Below, one piece after another: positions 47,944-57,873 of a stretch of 64,000 nt of DNA. A program made the position numbers and the translations under genes. Position 1 is the first letter of the stretch; each line of letters opens with the position of its first letter. The notes under the pieces are model-generated. The model did not search any database. It had not been told where the DNA came from and saw only the letters and a list, made by a program, of their open reading frames with translations. The DNA comes from a virus: the IMG/VR virus record IMGVR_UViG_3300049491_000418, positions 42,776 to 106,775 of that record; one strand, 5' to 3'.

Positions 47944-48212
47944 ATTGATTTTAATTTATTATAAATTGTTATAAATGAAATAAATCCTAAAGTTCTATTT
48001 AAGAATTCCCATCTATTTTCACCATTTAAAAAATAATAACCTCCTTGAAGTTTAGCTATTCTGCTTGAGTTAAGTCCATTACAAGAACAAAAACCTTCTA
48101 ATGCTTTCATATTATCCACAGTACTTTCTGAAAATACCATTGTAAATATATTATTAGCATAAATAGGTAAATACCCCTCTTCAATTGTTTTTAATTTATT
48201 AAATTTTTGCAT
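47940..48212 (-). CDS. Hypothetical protein
   Basis: 90 aa ORF. Confidence 0.6.
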   Translation of the reverse strand: MQKFNKLKTIEEGYLPIYANNIFTMVFSESTVDNMKALEGFCSCNGLNSSRIAKLQGGYYFLNGENRWEFLNRTLGFISFITIYNKLKSI

Positions 48213-48216
48213 AGTC

Positions 48217-48843
48217 TCAAATATCTGTGCCCCCTCTAGGAGCTTGTTGATCTTCTATTACAACTGGCCCTTTGTCCAGCATTTCTATAAAAGGAACATA
48301 ATGGTCTTTATCTAAGAAAGTATAACTGTTCTGTAGATAAGTGAGTTCATTAGTTTTCTTTTTTACTGAAGCATTTTTCTTCAGTGTTACCACAAGTTTT
48401 GTAGCATCAATAATCTGTCGGGCAGTATAAGTACCTTCATTAATAATAGCATTGAATTTGAGCTTACATTTTTCCTTTTGAACTCTCATTCCTCTACTAC
48501 CAGTAAAGACTCTTCCTTGATGTTCAAAATGATCAGTGCTTGGAAAAGCTTCCCACCATTCATCAAACTCTTTAGTAGATGCTTTTTTCTTAACAATTGC
48601 TGTTGCTATCTTGGTATTCATAAAATCAAGCAACTCATAACCAATGACAGTAAGTTTGTTTTCCTCATTGATAAGAAATTTTCTTAATAAGGTTTGATGC
48701 ATACCCTCTAATTTAGGGTTACCTTTAATAAGAGCCTCTGTATCATGGCCCTCCTTAATTAACATTAATAGAAACACATAATCAAGGCTTAGACCTTTCT
48801 TCAATAGTTCTAGAAAATGTTCTTTTGTTAGCTTTATCATCAT
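48217..48843 (-). CDS. Hypothetical protein, possibly replication-initiator-like
   Basis: wHTH-like N-terminus; FDEWWEAFP...YLQNSYTFL C-domain resembles phage replisome organisers. Confidence 0.45.
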   Translation of the reverse strand: MMIKLTKEHFLELLKKGLSLDYVFLLMLIKEGHDTEALIKGNPKLEGMHQTLLRKFLINEENKLTVIGYELLDFMNTKIATAIVKKKASTKEFDEWWEAFPSTDHFEHQGRVFTGSRGMRVQKEKCKLKFNAIINEGTYTARQIIDATKLVVTLKKNASVKKKTNELTYLQNSYTFLDKDHYVPFIEMLDKGPVVIEDQQAPRGGTDI

Positions 48844-48967
48844 CTTTATCCCATTTAATTTTTACTACTATTTTTGCTGGAAGTCTTTCACTACCTAAAA
48901 AGTTAGAACCATCCTCAAGTTTGAATGATTGTTCTCTATTTTCTTTTTCCCAATCTTCATAATTCAT
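48782..48967 (-). CDS. Small hypothetical protein
   Basis: 61 aa ORF filling the gap. Confidence 0.5.
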   Translation of the reverse strand: MNYEDWEKENREQSFKLEDGSNFLGSERLPAKIVVKIKWDKDDDKANKRTFSRTIEERSKP

Positions 48968-48969
48968 AA

Positions 48970-49230
48970 TTAGTCTTTTACTCTTAGTCCATAAGCAAAA
49001 TCAAACCAATCAAATATACTAGTTGCTTTTGCTCTGTTAACTTTGAAGATTTTCTTGATTAAATCAATAGAATACTTTTTAAATTCCTCATGTTGAACCT
49101 TGGTCATAGTAATATTGGTATACCATTCCATATCATCAAGAGTATCCATCATTGTTTTACCAACTATTTCTAGTTCTTTTTCCACAAGATGTCTAGCACA
49201 ATTGTCTCTGTTTACCTTTATTTTTTCCAT
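48970..49230 (-). CDS. Hypothetical protein
   Basis: 86 aa ORF. Confidence 0.7.
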   Translation of the reverse strand: MEKIKVNRDNCARHLVEKELEIVGKTMMDTLDDMEWYTNITMTKVQHEEFKKYSIDLIKKIFKVNRAKATSIFDWFDFAYGLRVKD

Positions 49231-49457
49231 TACTCCTGATTTAATAAGTGAACTATTCTTGCTGGAGTTATACTATAGTCAACAAATAAAATTTGTTTTC
49301 CAATAAACCTAGGCTTTATTTCTTTAAATTTTGCTAATCCTTCTTCTAGAGAAGTAAAAGATACCCATCTATTGTTACCTGGCTTAATTAAACTTCCTTG
49401 AGAAGTAAATATATAAGCTTTAATAGGTCTGTCTTTTCTTATTCTTGTTTCTTCCAT
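49230..49457 (-). CDS. Hypothetical protein
   Basis: 75 aa ORF. Confidence 0.65.
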   Translation of the reverse strand: MEETRIRKDRPIKAYIFTSQGSLIKPGNNRWVSFTSLEEGLAKFKEIKPRFIGKQILFVDYSITPARIVHLLNQE

Positions 49458-49461
49458 TTTT

Positions 49462-51492
49462 CTATTTTTTAGCTTCTCCCCATGATGGACCTATGTCAGC
49501 ATCTGCTTTGATTGTTAAATTAGTTAAATAATGATTACCTGCTTTAAGCATAGATTGTTCTACAGCTATTCTTGCTTTTTCTGCTAGTTCATCTATAGCT
49601 TCTGCAACAAGTTCATCATGTACAGAATTACACATAAGTACTTTCCATTGATAATTGTTCTCTATAATCCAATCAAATAGATAACAACCTGCTAGTTTAA
49701 TCTGGTGAGCACCTCTTGTCTGAACAGGATTGTTTAAACAAAGTCTGAAGTATTCTGATCTAAGTTTAAAGTATTTGGAAACAAAAACTTTCTTTTCTCT
49801 ATAAATGGCTACACTTTCAGGGAATTGATATTCATAATCTCTTCCTTTCTCCATTTCATCAAAACGTTTCTTATAGTCATTCTTTCCAATTTTATACTCC
49901 ATCCAATCATCTTTGGTTATGGCATCAACTTTAGCTTTCATTTCTATAAATTCATCATAGAAGGGAAGTCTTAATCTCCAACCATCAACAGATTCAATAT
50001 AACCAACTTTAATGGCTGATTGAAATACTTTTTCTCCCCAGGCATATAAGCCTGCATGTAAATTTTTGAAACCATCTTCAATTTCCTGAGCACGTTGTAA
50101 TGGAATGCCTTCATTCATATGAATGGTAAAAGCATTTCCTCCATAAGACATTGCAAATCTAGGAGCCTTAGCAGCTGTTCTCTTGTCATTATGATTTTTC
50201 TTAATTTCATTATCAGTAAGTTCTTCTAGTTCAGGAAATAACACTCTAGCCAATAAGCTATGAAGATCTGCACCTTCTACAACAGATTTAGTCATAGCAG
50301 CATCTCCTGATAAATCAGCAACTATTACAGTCTCTTGACCACTGTAGTCACAAACTATCATTTTCCATCCAGGACGTGATTTAAAACAACCTCTTGTAGC
50401 TTTGTCTGCAGGAAAATTGAGAAAATTGATTTCTCCTCTCCTAGTGGATAGTCTAGCTGTATCTACCATTGGATTAAAATTGGTATAAATACGCTCATTC
50501 TCAATCTTCTTATAAATACTTTCTCCAAAGGTTGTTACCCTGTGATTAGCTACTTGAAATTTCAACCACTTTTCAACAAACTCATGTTTGGATTTACTAA
50601 TAACATTTTCATTGATACTGTCCTTACCATCTTTGTCTATTGTAGGTATACCAAATGCATTAAACACTTTAAGCATCTGAGCAGGAGAACTAACTGAAAC
50701 AGTTATTTTCTTTAATCCTGTTTCAAACAAACTAAGTTGATTATTTGCAAACTTAGGAAGGTTATCATGAATATAGTCTTCTATTTCCTCTTTGAATTTA
50801 TAAGAATCTCTAACATCATCTTCCATTTTAGCTTTCCACAAATCACTGGATATTGGCATACCACATTGTTCCATATAAGCTAATGCCCTAACATATCTAT
50901 AGTGTAATTCATAGGTAGCAAGACTACCTCTTTTATCAAGTTTAGCATATAGTACATTATGTAAATCAAGGAGCCTGTCCACATCATTAAAAGAATACTC
51001 AATAGTGCTAGGTTGGCTAAGCTTGACTAGGTGAATGTTTTTTTGTTCTGTCTTGTCATAAGTAATGTCCATTTCACGTTTCATGACATGACCAAAATCA
51101 TGTCTTTCCCTAGGATCACCATTATACAAGATTTTACTAGCCAGCATAGTATCTCTTACTTCTTTAGGCCAAAAATCATATTTATAAAAGAAACCCAAGT
51201 CAAATAAAATGTTATGACCTACCAGGATTTTACCATCTATATAAGGTATTAAATCCTGAAATTCATAATTATCATCATACATGTGTATAATGTAATTGTT
51301 CTCTCCTGTACCAATTTGAGTACAGAATATATCACAATTTCTAGGCTGGAGACCAGTAGTTTCTGTATCTATTGCTATTTCATGTGGTAATACCATATCC
51401 TCTAAACCACAAAATCCTATCTTTCCCAATAAAATTGAGACAGACAGGATTTTTCTAAAAAAATCTGGATTCTTTGTAATGATGTAGTTCAT
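49462..51492 (-). CDS. polA: Family A DNA polymerase with 3'-5' exonuclease
   Basis: DTETTG (ExoI), HN..FD, motif A DYSGQE, motif B R..AKAPRFAMSYG, motif C VHDE. Confidence 0.95.
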   Translation of the reverse strand: MNYIITKNPDFFRKILSVSILLGKIGFCGLEDMVLPHEIAIDTETTGLQPRNCDIFCTQIGTGENNYIIHMYDDNYEFQDLIPYIDGKILVGHNILFDLGFFYKYDFWPKEVRDTMLASKILYNGDPRERHDFGHVMKREMDITYDKTEQKNIHLVKLSQPSTIEYSFNDVDRLLDLHNVLYAKLDKRGSLATYELHYRYVRALAYMEQCGMPISSDLWKAKMEDDVRDSYKFKEEIEDYIHDNLPKFANNQLSLFETGLKKITVSVSSPAQMLKVFNAFGIPTIDKDGKDSINENVISKSKHEFVEKWLKFQVANHRVTTFGESIYKKIENERIYTNFNPMVDTARLSTRRGEINFLNFPADKATRGCFKSRPGWKMIVCDYSGQETVIVADLSGDAAMTKSVVEGADLHSLLARVLFPELEELTDNEIKKNHNDKRTAAKAPRFAMSYGGNAFTIHMNEGIPLQRAQEIEDGFKNLHAGLYAWGEKVFQSAIKVGYIESVDGWRLRLPFYDEFIEMKAKVDAITKDDWMEYKIGKNDYKKRFDEMEKGRDYEYQFPESVAIYREKKVFVSKYFKLRSEYFRLCLNNPVQTRGAHQIKLAGCYLFDWIIENNYQWKVLMCNSVHDELVAEAIDELAEKARIAVEQSMLKAGNHYLTNLTIKADADIGPSWGEAKK

Positions 51493-51508
51493 ATTCTTTA
51501 TTAAAAGT

Positions 51509-51718
51509 TTACCAGTAATGTGCTATACAGACTATAATAGCTTCTACTACAATAGCAAAATGTATTAATATCCAAAATACTGCATAATTAGCAGCATATA
51601 TGTCCTTTCTCCATCCAGCAGGGCCAATTTTCCATTTACATCTATTAAGTTCTTTAATAGTGAAATAAGTCCATAGAATGTAACCAATTATAATTAATGG
51701 AAGGACAATGTATCTCAT
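51509..51718 (-). CDS. Small membrane protein
   Basis: Two hydrophobic segments. Confidence 0.6.
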   Translation of the reverse strand: MRYIVLPLIIIGYILWTYFTIKELNRCKWKIGPAGWRKDIYAANYAVFWILIHFAIVVEAIIVCIAHYW

Positions 51719-52149
51719 AATTCCTCTTCATTTTCAGGTTCACTAAGGTAAGAAATAATTACCTTACCATCATACAAAATTGGATCTCCTGTTTCATCAG
51801 ACTCAATATTCATTATTCCACCATACTGATTTATAATAATATTGATTTGTTCTTCCGTGATAGGCTTTAAAGTTCCACTACCATCATCAAACATTCCTAT
51901 TTCTTCCTGTAGAGCAATAATCTCTCCATTATCTCCAGTGGAAATTATATTCAATACTATTGGACAACCATTTGATTTAATAAAATCATCTTCATCTTTA
52001 GGAGGAGCTTCAATAGTGAAAAAATAAAGTTCTGGTTCTGGTAAACATGATGATAATTTTGTGATAAATGACATTCCAGCCAATAGTTTTGGTGGATTGT
52101 AGCTTGAGAGGATGAATTCACCTTCTACTAAATATTCTTCTTGTTCCAT
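51715..52149 (-). CDS. Acidic hypothetical protein
   Basis: 144 aa ORF. Confidence 0.7.
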   Translation of the reverse strand: MEQEEYLVEGEFILSSYNPPKLLAGMSFITKLSSCLPEPELYFFTIEAPPKDEDDFIKSNGCPIVLNIISTGDNGEIIALQEEIGMFDDGSGTLKPITEEQINIIINQYGGIMNIESDETGDPILYDGKVIISYLSEPENEEEL

Positions 52150-52167
52150 GTGTTGTTGATTTAAAGA

Positions 52168-52395
52168 TTATTTTTTTTCAAACTCTAATTTACTAATATC
52201 AGGCATATCTCTTAAGAAGTCAACAGATTTAAAATTATGATTATACTTCTTTTTTATTTCATTAGCCCTTAATTTAAAAGAACTATTATGACAAGGAGGA
52301 GTTTTAGGAAATTTTTCCCTAAGAGAATCAAGATTGTTAGGCACCACTCCTCCTATCCTAACATACCATTGCAAAAATTCTTCTAGTGTTTTCAT
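52168..52395 (-). CDS. Hypothetical protein
   Basis: 75 aa ORF. Confidence 0.6.
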   Translation of the reverse strand: MKTLEEFLQWYVRIGGVVPNNLDSLREKFPKTPPCHNSSFKLRANEIKKKYNHNFKSVDFLRDMPDISKLEFEKK

Positions 52396-52397
52396 GG

Positions 52398-52610
52398 TTA
52401 TATTTTATTAAAAAATAATGGATTTTTGAGAAACATTCTCCTTTTTCTATTAAAAAATTTCTTAGCACCAACACCTAATTTATGAGGCAATACAGATTTA
52501 AAGACATGCTCATATCTTTCTCTTTCTTTTTTCTTCCAAGGATTTGTTCCTGACATTTTATCAGCTCTAGAACTAGCACTTTCTCCATGATGGCAATTTT
52601 TTGTTCTCAT
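52398..52610 (-). CDS. Small basic hypothetical protein
   Basis: 70 aa ORF. Confidence 0.6.
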   Translation of the reverse strand: MRTKNCHHGESASSRADKMSGTNPWKKKERERYEHVFKSVLPHKLGVGAKKFFNRKRRMFLKNPLFFNKI

Positions 52611-52846
52611 AATTCATGTGTTAAAAATGCTTTAATTTTAGCAACAACTTCATCAAAATTTTCTCCTTCAAATCTCTGTTCTCCTTTGGTATTTTGATTT
52701 TCAAATTCTACAACACCATAAGCAGACCATTTACCCTTCCATTCATCCCTATAAACAACCATAATTCTTTTTACAGATTCTTTATTAAAAGGCTGAGCTA
52801 TTGTTCCACTTAATTTATTCTCTCTAATTTTAGTTAAATCACTCAT
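52607..52846 (-). CDS. Hypothetical protein
   Basis: 79 aa ORF. Confidence 0.65.
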   Translation of the reverse strand: MSDLTKIRENKLSGTIAQPFNKESVKRIMVVYRDEWKGKWSAYGVVEFENQNTKGEQRFEGENFDEVVAKIKAFLTHEL

Positions 52847-53216
52847 TCTTATAGGTTTTAATTAATTTATCTAATGCTATTAAACGTTTAATAGTAACAT
52901 CCCTTTCTTTAAGTAAAGATGTAAAAAAAGTATCCTCTTCAGAATCTATAGGTGCTACTATTTGATTAATAACATGTTCAGCTTCTTTAGGAACTTGGTT
53001 AAATCCAAATGGAAGGTGATGATATTCAGCAAATTTCTCCATTAAAGTGTAGATCTCCTTATCATCCTGTGAAAGATGATAGATTCCTCTTTCTTTAGCT
53101 TTAGCTACAAGAATTTTTGGTTCCTTGTGTCCATATCTTTGGATGAGAGACATTAATATCTCTCTTTTCACAGCTGCTGTTTTCTCAGCCATGACCAAAT
53201 GTAGCATTAAACTCAT
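52839..53216 (-). CDS. Hypothetical protein
   Basis: ORF; start may be 53192 (MAEK). Confidence 0.65.
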   Translation of the reverse strand: MSLMLHLVMAEKTAAVKREILMSLIQRYGHKEPKILVAKAKERGIYHLSQDDKEIYTLMEKFAEYHHLPFGFNQVPKEAEHVINQIVAPIDSEEDTFFTSLLKERDVTIKRLIALDKLIKTYKNE

Positions 53217-53541
53217 CCAAAACTTCTCCTATATCAATACCAGGATTAGTCATCTTTTTACCCACACAAAATCCAGCAAATAAAAACATCTGTTCTCTAG
53301 AATATTTTTTTTCTTCTTTCATCATTGGTGTAACATCATCTCTACCACAGTCCTTAAGAAGTTGTTCTCTTTCAGCACCATAATCAGGTTTTATTCTCCA
53401 GTTTTTTTCAGTACCATAATTTACATTTGGCCTATCCAATTGATTTTGTGGTACAAAAGAACTCCAGAAATTTGTATTATGATTACATTGAATTGTTTTA
53501 CCTTGTTTAAAAGCTTCTAAAATCTGTTCTTTCCAGTCCAT
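53185..53541 (-). CDS. Hypothetical protein
   Basis: 118 aa; AFKQGKTIQ...WRIKP phage motif. Confidence 0.7.
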   Translation of the reverse strand: MDWKEQILEAFKQGKTIQCNHNTNFWSSFVPQNQLDRPNVNYGTEKNWRIKPDYGAEREQLLKDCGRDDVTPMMKEEKKYSREQMFLFAGFCVGKKMTNPGIDIGEVLDEFNATFGHG

Positions 53542-53707
53542 TTCTGTCAGTTTGTTTGTTAATTCTTCTAATTAGCTTACTAATAGCTCTCTTGATTGGC
53601 TTTCTATAGGAAGATTTTCTCCTCCAAGAAGTATTACTGTTTCTAATTTCATCATATACTAATGAAACATAGCTTAAATGTGCTGCTTTCCTTTCTACTT
53701 TTTTCAT
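53507..53707 (-). CDS. Small basic hypothetical protein
   Basis: Start revised to MKKVERK (53707) so it does not overlap the tRNA-like RNA. Confidence 0.55.
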   Translation of the reverse strand: MKKVERKAAHLSYVSLVYDEIRNSNTSWRRKSSYRKPIKRAISKLIRRINKQTDRNGLERTDFRSF

Positions 53708-53730
53708 ACTTATTAATTTTTGTTGTTTTG

Positions 53731-53834
53731 TAGGGGTAACAGGATTTGAACCTGCATGATTGATGTATATATCCATTTTATAGGCAAATGTTCAATCTTA
53801 CTTATTTAGCGTCTACCAATTCCGCCATACCCCT
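53731..53834 (-). ncRNA. tRNA-like RNA #1 (Leu-type acceptor/D/T arms, non-canonical central domain)
   Basis: AGGGGTA/TACCCCT+A acceptor; TG GCG GAATTGGTAGA CGC D-arm; GCAGG TTCAAAT CCTGT T-arm; 53-nt central segment with no canonical anticodon arm. Confidence 0.75.
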
Positions 53835-53840
53835 TCCATT

Positions 53841-55031
53841 CTATTTCTTATTATTCATATTCAAGGATAAATCCATTTGAGCTTTTGCTGTCATTAACTC
53901 CATAAAGTTAAGCCCTGCATTACCTCCATTGTTTCCAGATCCTCCAGATACAAAGGTAGGAACTAAACTTCCTCCATATGCTCCAAATGCATCAGCCCAA
54001 TACTTTTGAACTTCCTTATAAGCTTGTAATTTTTGATCTAAAGCACCATCAGCTTCCATTATAAGACGCTTTTTAGTTGCAATACCCTGACCTTCCAAAA
54101 TATCTTTTTGCTTTCTTAATTCAGCTGTTTTCACATCTAATTCAGCAACTCTATTTCTGGATTCTGCTTCAGTAACAACTTTAGCTTTAATAACCTCTTG
54201 TTCCCATTTAGCTTTAGCAGCATCTGCCTCACCCTGCTTTTGGGTAGTAATGGCATCTTGAATAGCTTTTTGAGCATTAGCTTTAGAAGTTTGTACACTC
54301 ATAACTAAACGTTGTTGATCAGCAATTTGTTTTGTAACAGTTCCTGAAAATACAATTTCATTAATAGTAAAATTAGATAATACCACACCATAAGTAGCAA
54401 CGTCGGAAGCTTTAATGATTTGAGGTTTACCATCTTTATACACAATTTCTAATAATTTAGTATTGGCATCAGCAAGAGTATCTTTAGTAGCAATAGCTTT
54501 AGTTCTATAAATACCATTATTGGCTTGATCTTCTGTATAAGTCAACAAAGCTGTCTTTTTCTCAGATACTGCTTCTTTTGATGACATTAAAGGCCCAGAC
54601 ATATAAATGGCTTTAGTAACTGCTTGTTTAATTAATTTAAATTCTATAGATTCTTGTGTACCATAGTCACTATGAAGTTTTAATACCTGTTCTTTATTAG
54701 TTGGCATATACCAACGCACTGAACCAGATACTGTACCTTCACCAAAATCATTGAAACCAATTTTAATGGCACCTTTACCACCTTCATCTTCTTTATTAGA
54801 AAACCATAATTGATTACTTCTTTGATATTTGGTAACTGTACCACCTCCTTGCCAAGCCCATCCTGGTGTAGTGATAACTGACATTTCTCCTGTCATAGGA
54901 CTTTGAATTACTGCTATTTCTCCAGCAGCTATATCTTCAAAACAATTAAATGCTAAAATTACTCCAAGGATTACACCTCCTATTATCATTCCAAACTTCT
55001 TAATACCTGCTACAATTGATTCTGTTTCCAT
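53841..55031 (-). CDS. SPFH/Band-7 (prohibitin/flotillin-like) membrane protein
   Basis: N-terminal TM, IAAGEIAVIQ, PGW, FNDFGEG, long A/E/K coiled coil. Confidence 0.85.
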   Translation of the reverse strand: METESIVAGIKKFGMIIGGVILGVILAFNCFEDIAAGEIAVIQSPMTGEMSVITTPGWAWQGGGTVTKYQRSNQLWFSNKEDEGGKGAIKIGFNDFGEGTVSGSVRWYMPTNKEQVLKLHSDYGTQESIEFKLIKQAVTKAIYMSGPLMSSKEAVSEKKTALLTYTEDQANNGIYRTKAIATKDTLADANTKLLEIVYKDGKPQIIKASDVATYGVVLSNFTINEIVFSGTVTKQIADQQRLVMSVQTSKANAQKAIQDAITTQKQGEADAAKAKWEQEVIKAKVVTEAESRNRVAELDVKTAELRKQKDILEGQGIATKKRLIMEADGALDQKLQAYKEVQKYWADAFGAYGGSLVPTFVSGGSGNNGGNAGLNFMELMTAKAQMDLSLNMNNKK

Positions 55032-55035
55032 GTTT

Positions 55036-55278
55036 TTATTTATTTAAAGTGTTATTAATGTTATCTATTGTTTCTTTGTTTCTTTGTGTTTCTCCTAATA
55101 TGGTTTCTTTTTCAGCAGCCACTTGTTTTGCTTTCTCCTCAAGATCAGCCAAAGAACGTGCCTCTTGGTACTTTTCTTCTTTTTTCTTAAGTCTCCAGCC
55201 AGAGAACATCTGGATCAATTTAATAATTCCATAAACAACAATGGCAACTATTATTGCAAACTCTAAAACTCTTAACAT
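55036..55278 (-). CDS. Small membrane-anchored coiled-coil protein
   Basis: TM followed by a charged helix; start revised to 55278. Confidence 0.65.
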   Translation of the reverse strand: MLRVLEFAIIVAIVVYGIIKLIQMFSGWRLKKKEEKYQEARSLADLEEKAKQVAAEKETILGETQRNKETIDNINNTLNK

Positions 55279-55290
55279 AGTGGTAAATTT

Positions 55291-55315
55291 AAAAACCCCC
55301 ATCTGTTGATGGGGG
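55291..55315 (-). terminator. Intrinsic terminator
   Basis: CCCCCATC-loop-GATGGGGG followed by TTTTT on the - strand. Confidence 0.8.
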
Positions 55316-55325
55316 CCTTGGTTAA

Positions 55326-56723
55326 TTATTCATTATCCCAAACTTGTTTAACAACTCCTTTAACCTCACTAAAGTATTCTCCATCATGAAGAACAGCTTT
55401 AAGAGAATTAGCTAATGATTTCTCACTAGTAATATAGTTATCTTTAGTTTGAGCTAAATCAACTTGTCTTAAATAAGATCCAATACATACATCAAATTCT
55501 ACAGCTTTAATGGTATTATCACCACGGATAACCATTGTAGATTTAACGTTTTCAATGATTTCTGCCATAAAAGCAGGAGCAATTTTACTAGATCCAATTC
55601 TTTCATAAATAGGTTCAAAGTTTCCTTCAAGATTAACTCCTGCACAGAAAGATTTAACATATTCTCTAGAAGTGTTAGCATCTAAATAATCCATTGAAAT
55701 AATAGTACCAATTCTTTTTCCTCTTAAGAAAGTAGGATCAATTAATTCCAAGTGATTAGTAGTGAATAAGGCTATAACATTCATATCCTTAGTATCTCCC
55801 CCATCTAAAGTGTTCAAAATATCTTGCAATGCAGCATCTCTTTCACCTCTTGTTACTTGGTCAATATCCTCTACAAATACAATAATACCACTACCATTGT
55901 TATCCAATGTTTTAGCCATACGTAATGTATCAGCTAATAACTCTGGAGATTTAAGATAGATAGCAGCAAAATTGTTTTTGTTACCTAAGTTTGCTAACTT
56001 GAAAGCTAACAAGGTTTTACCTGTACCATAACCACCTTCAAGCAAAGCACCAAATTTAATTGGAATATTTACTTTTTTACAGTTGTCAGCATGTAAAATT
56101 CTTGCATATAAAGGAGCTAAAGCTACTTCCGTTTTTTCAGAAAGGATCATAACTTCTCTGTCTACACCACTCATATCAATAAGTTGTGGTTGACCTTCAT
56201 CAACATTAATGTTGATTTCAAAAGTTTGATTTTTATAAATACTATCAGTATTTAATAAAAACTTAGTTTTTTCAATAATTCTATCAATTAAAGAATTAAA
56301 TTTGAATTGACATTTACCTCTTACATAAAGCTTTCTTTCATGAAAGTCATAATGAATTCTAATTTGAGCTCCTTCTCCCATGTCTGGTAATTCAATATCA
56401 CCATAAGGTACTTTTTTACGTATTCCCCCAGCCAATATTACATCAACTGTGTTCATAGGACGTTCAGTACCTGAAGGACCTTCATTTTTACCCATAGTTG
56501 TTACTCCAATGATTTCTTCAATTGCTCTATTCAATTGATAGACACCATCACTCATAAAGCATGAGATTTTGTAATCAAAATTAGTCATTCTACCAGCGTT
56601 AGCAATTTCATTTTCTAAATAAACTACTATTTCTGGATAAGGTTTTGGCCCTTGCCCCAATTTTACTAGTTCCGCTTTTTTCTCTGTTTCCCAACTTAAT
56701 TGTACATTTTTGATAGTTTCCAT
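55326..56723 (-). CDS. Classical AAA+ ATPase
   Basis: GGYGTGKT, VFVEDID, LNTLDG, TTNH, DPTFLRGKRIG. Confidence 0.9.
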   Translation of the reverse strand: METIKNVQLSWETEKKAELVKLGQGPKPYPEIVVYLENEIANAGRMTNFDYKISCFMSDGVYQLNRAIEEIIGVTTMGKNEGPSGTERPMNTVDVILAGGIRKKVPYGDIELPDMGEGAQIRIHYDFHERKLYVRGKCQFKFNSLIDRIIEKTKFLLNTDSIYKNQTFEININVDEGQPQLIDMSGVDREVMILSEKTEVALAPLYARILHADNCKKVNIPIKFGALLEGGYGTGKTLLAFKLANLGNKNNFAAIYLKSPELLADTLRMAKTLDNNGSGIIVFVEDIDQVTRGERDAALQDILNTLDGGDTKDMNVIALFTTNHLELIDPTFLRGKRIGTIISMDYLDANTSREYVKSFCAGVNLEGNFEPIYERIGSSKIAPAFMAEIIENVKSTMVIRGDNTIKAVEFDVCIGSYLRQVDLAQTKDNYITSEKSLANSLKAVLHDGEYFSEVKGVVKQVWDNE

Positions 56724-56956
56724 ACTGTTTTAAATAATTGATTAAATTTAGTTTTTGTTAATTCAAGACAGCCAAAGGTTACAAAACCTCCAACAGCCTC
56801 ATAGTCTAATTTGTCTGTAAGTGGATACCTATCACACTTACTATCTACAGCTGACTTAATCAAGGAGAACGGTATTCTTATCTCCTTGTAGATTAATTCA
56901 GCAGAGTTCTCATCATACATAATGGGTAAACCCTCCTGACTATAATCTAATATCAT
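56696..56956 (-). CDS. Hypothetical protein
   Basis: 86 aa ORF. Confidence 0.65.
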   Translation of the reverse strand: MILDYSQEGLPIMYDENSAELIYKEIRIPFSLIKSAVDSKCDRYPLTDKLDYEAVGGFVTFGCLELTKTKFNQLFKTVWKLSKMYN

Positions 56957-56960
56957 GGCT

Positions 56961-57251
56961 CTAGAATCTTTCTGCTAAAACTGATTCAGCATATGCCAAT
57001 CCATTTTCCAAGGACTCAACTTCAAGATAAACTTTAAGTTCCTCTTGGACACAATAAGGAATGGCTCTTTGCACTACAATAAGTTTTTGTCTAGCATTTG
57101 CTAAATCAAACTTAGTTTGTGCTATATCCATCTCTAATTTGGATTTTGCTTTTTGGACATTTAATTCCACTAGCTCTGATTGGACTTGAGTCTCTGATTG
57201 AGAGATCAGGTCTCTGTACTTTAATGGAGCTACCTCCTTCTTGTTTCCCAT
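56961..57251 (-). CDS. Coiled-coil hypothetical protein
   Basis: 96 aa with A-rich leader. Confidence 0.7.
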   Translation of the reverse strand: MGNKKEVAPLKYRDLISQSETQVQSELVELNVQKAKSKLEMDIAQTKFDLANARQKLIVVQRAIPYCVQEELKVYLEVESLENGLAYAESVLAERF

Positions 57252-57798
57252 TTTTTTCTGTTTTTAAATTATTAATTTGTTTATTTGTAAGAACGTGTGT
57301 TATAAATTGTTTAGTTGAAATCTGTGTGTAACCTGGTGCAATACCATTTCCTTTAAATGCTGCAAAACAACCTGGTGTTTTTTGAGGATAATAAATTCTA
57401 CAACCTTCTTCAGCTTTCCAATCATCTTCATAACCAAGATATTCATCTTTTTTCAAGATTAGAAACTCATTAACTAAAGCTGCATTTTTAGAAGTAATAT
57501 CTAAACACCATTTTTCTGGAATACACTCCTCAGGAGTTAATGGGGTTTCTGCATTAGCTCTAATCAAAGGCATTAGGTGTGAAACAGCGTAAACAGTTTG
57601 ATTACTATACCTAGTAACTCCCCAATATCCATTACTATTCCAAGCTATACCTTGATGTACAGGTTCAATAATTTTTATACAATTAGGACATATTTTTTTA
57701 AGATATCTTAATAGATTTTGATCTAAAGACCAACACACTCCTGAAGTTGGAAATTCTGTTAGAACTGGCCAACCTGCTTTAGTTAATTCTTGTGACAT
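57112..57798 (-). CDS. Hypothetical protein
   Basis: 228 aa; last 140 nt overlap the next gene. Confidence 0.65.
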   Translation of the reverse strand: MSQELTKAGWPVLTEFPTSGVCWSLDQNLLRYLKKICPNCIKIIEPVHQGIAWNSNGYWGVTRYSNQTVYAVSHLMPLIRANAETPLTPEECIPEKWCLDITSKNAALVNEFLILKKDEYLGYEDDWKAEEGCRIYYPQKTPGCFAAFKGNGIAPGYTQISTKQFITHVLTNKQINNLKTEKNGKQEGGSSIKVQRPDLSIRDSSPIRASGIKCPKSKIQIRDGYSTN

Positions 57799-57817
57799 AA
57801 TTTCTATTTGTTAAATT

Positions 57818-57851
57818 AAAAAAAGCCTTCTAGTTTTTATCCTAGAAGGCT
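57818..57851 (-). terminator. Intrinsic terminator
   Basis: AGCCTTCTAG-loop-CTAGAAGGCT followed by a T-tract on the - strand. Confidence 0.8.
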
Positions 57852-57873
57852 AAAAAACAAATGGAAAACTAAT

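Noticed and set aside
53708-53776. N-terminal extension of ORF 53507 (MDIYINHAGSNPV...)
   Set aside because: It is a translation of the tRNA-like T-arm (GSNP signature); the real start is likely 53707.
53770-53795. CTA in a 7-nt loop of tRNA-like RNA #1 as an amber suppressor anticodon
   Set aside because: The loop lacks U33 and purine 37, it is misplaced relative to the D-arm, and there is no TAG recoding.
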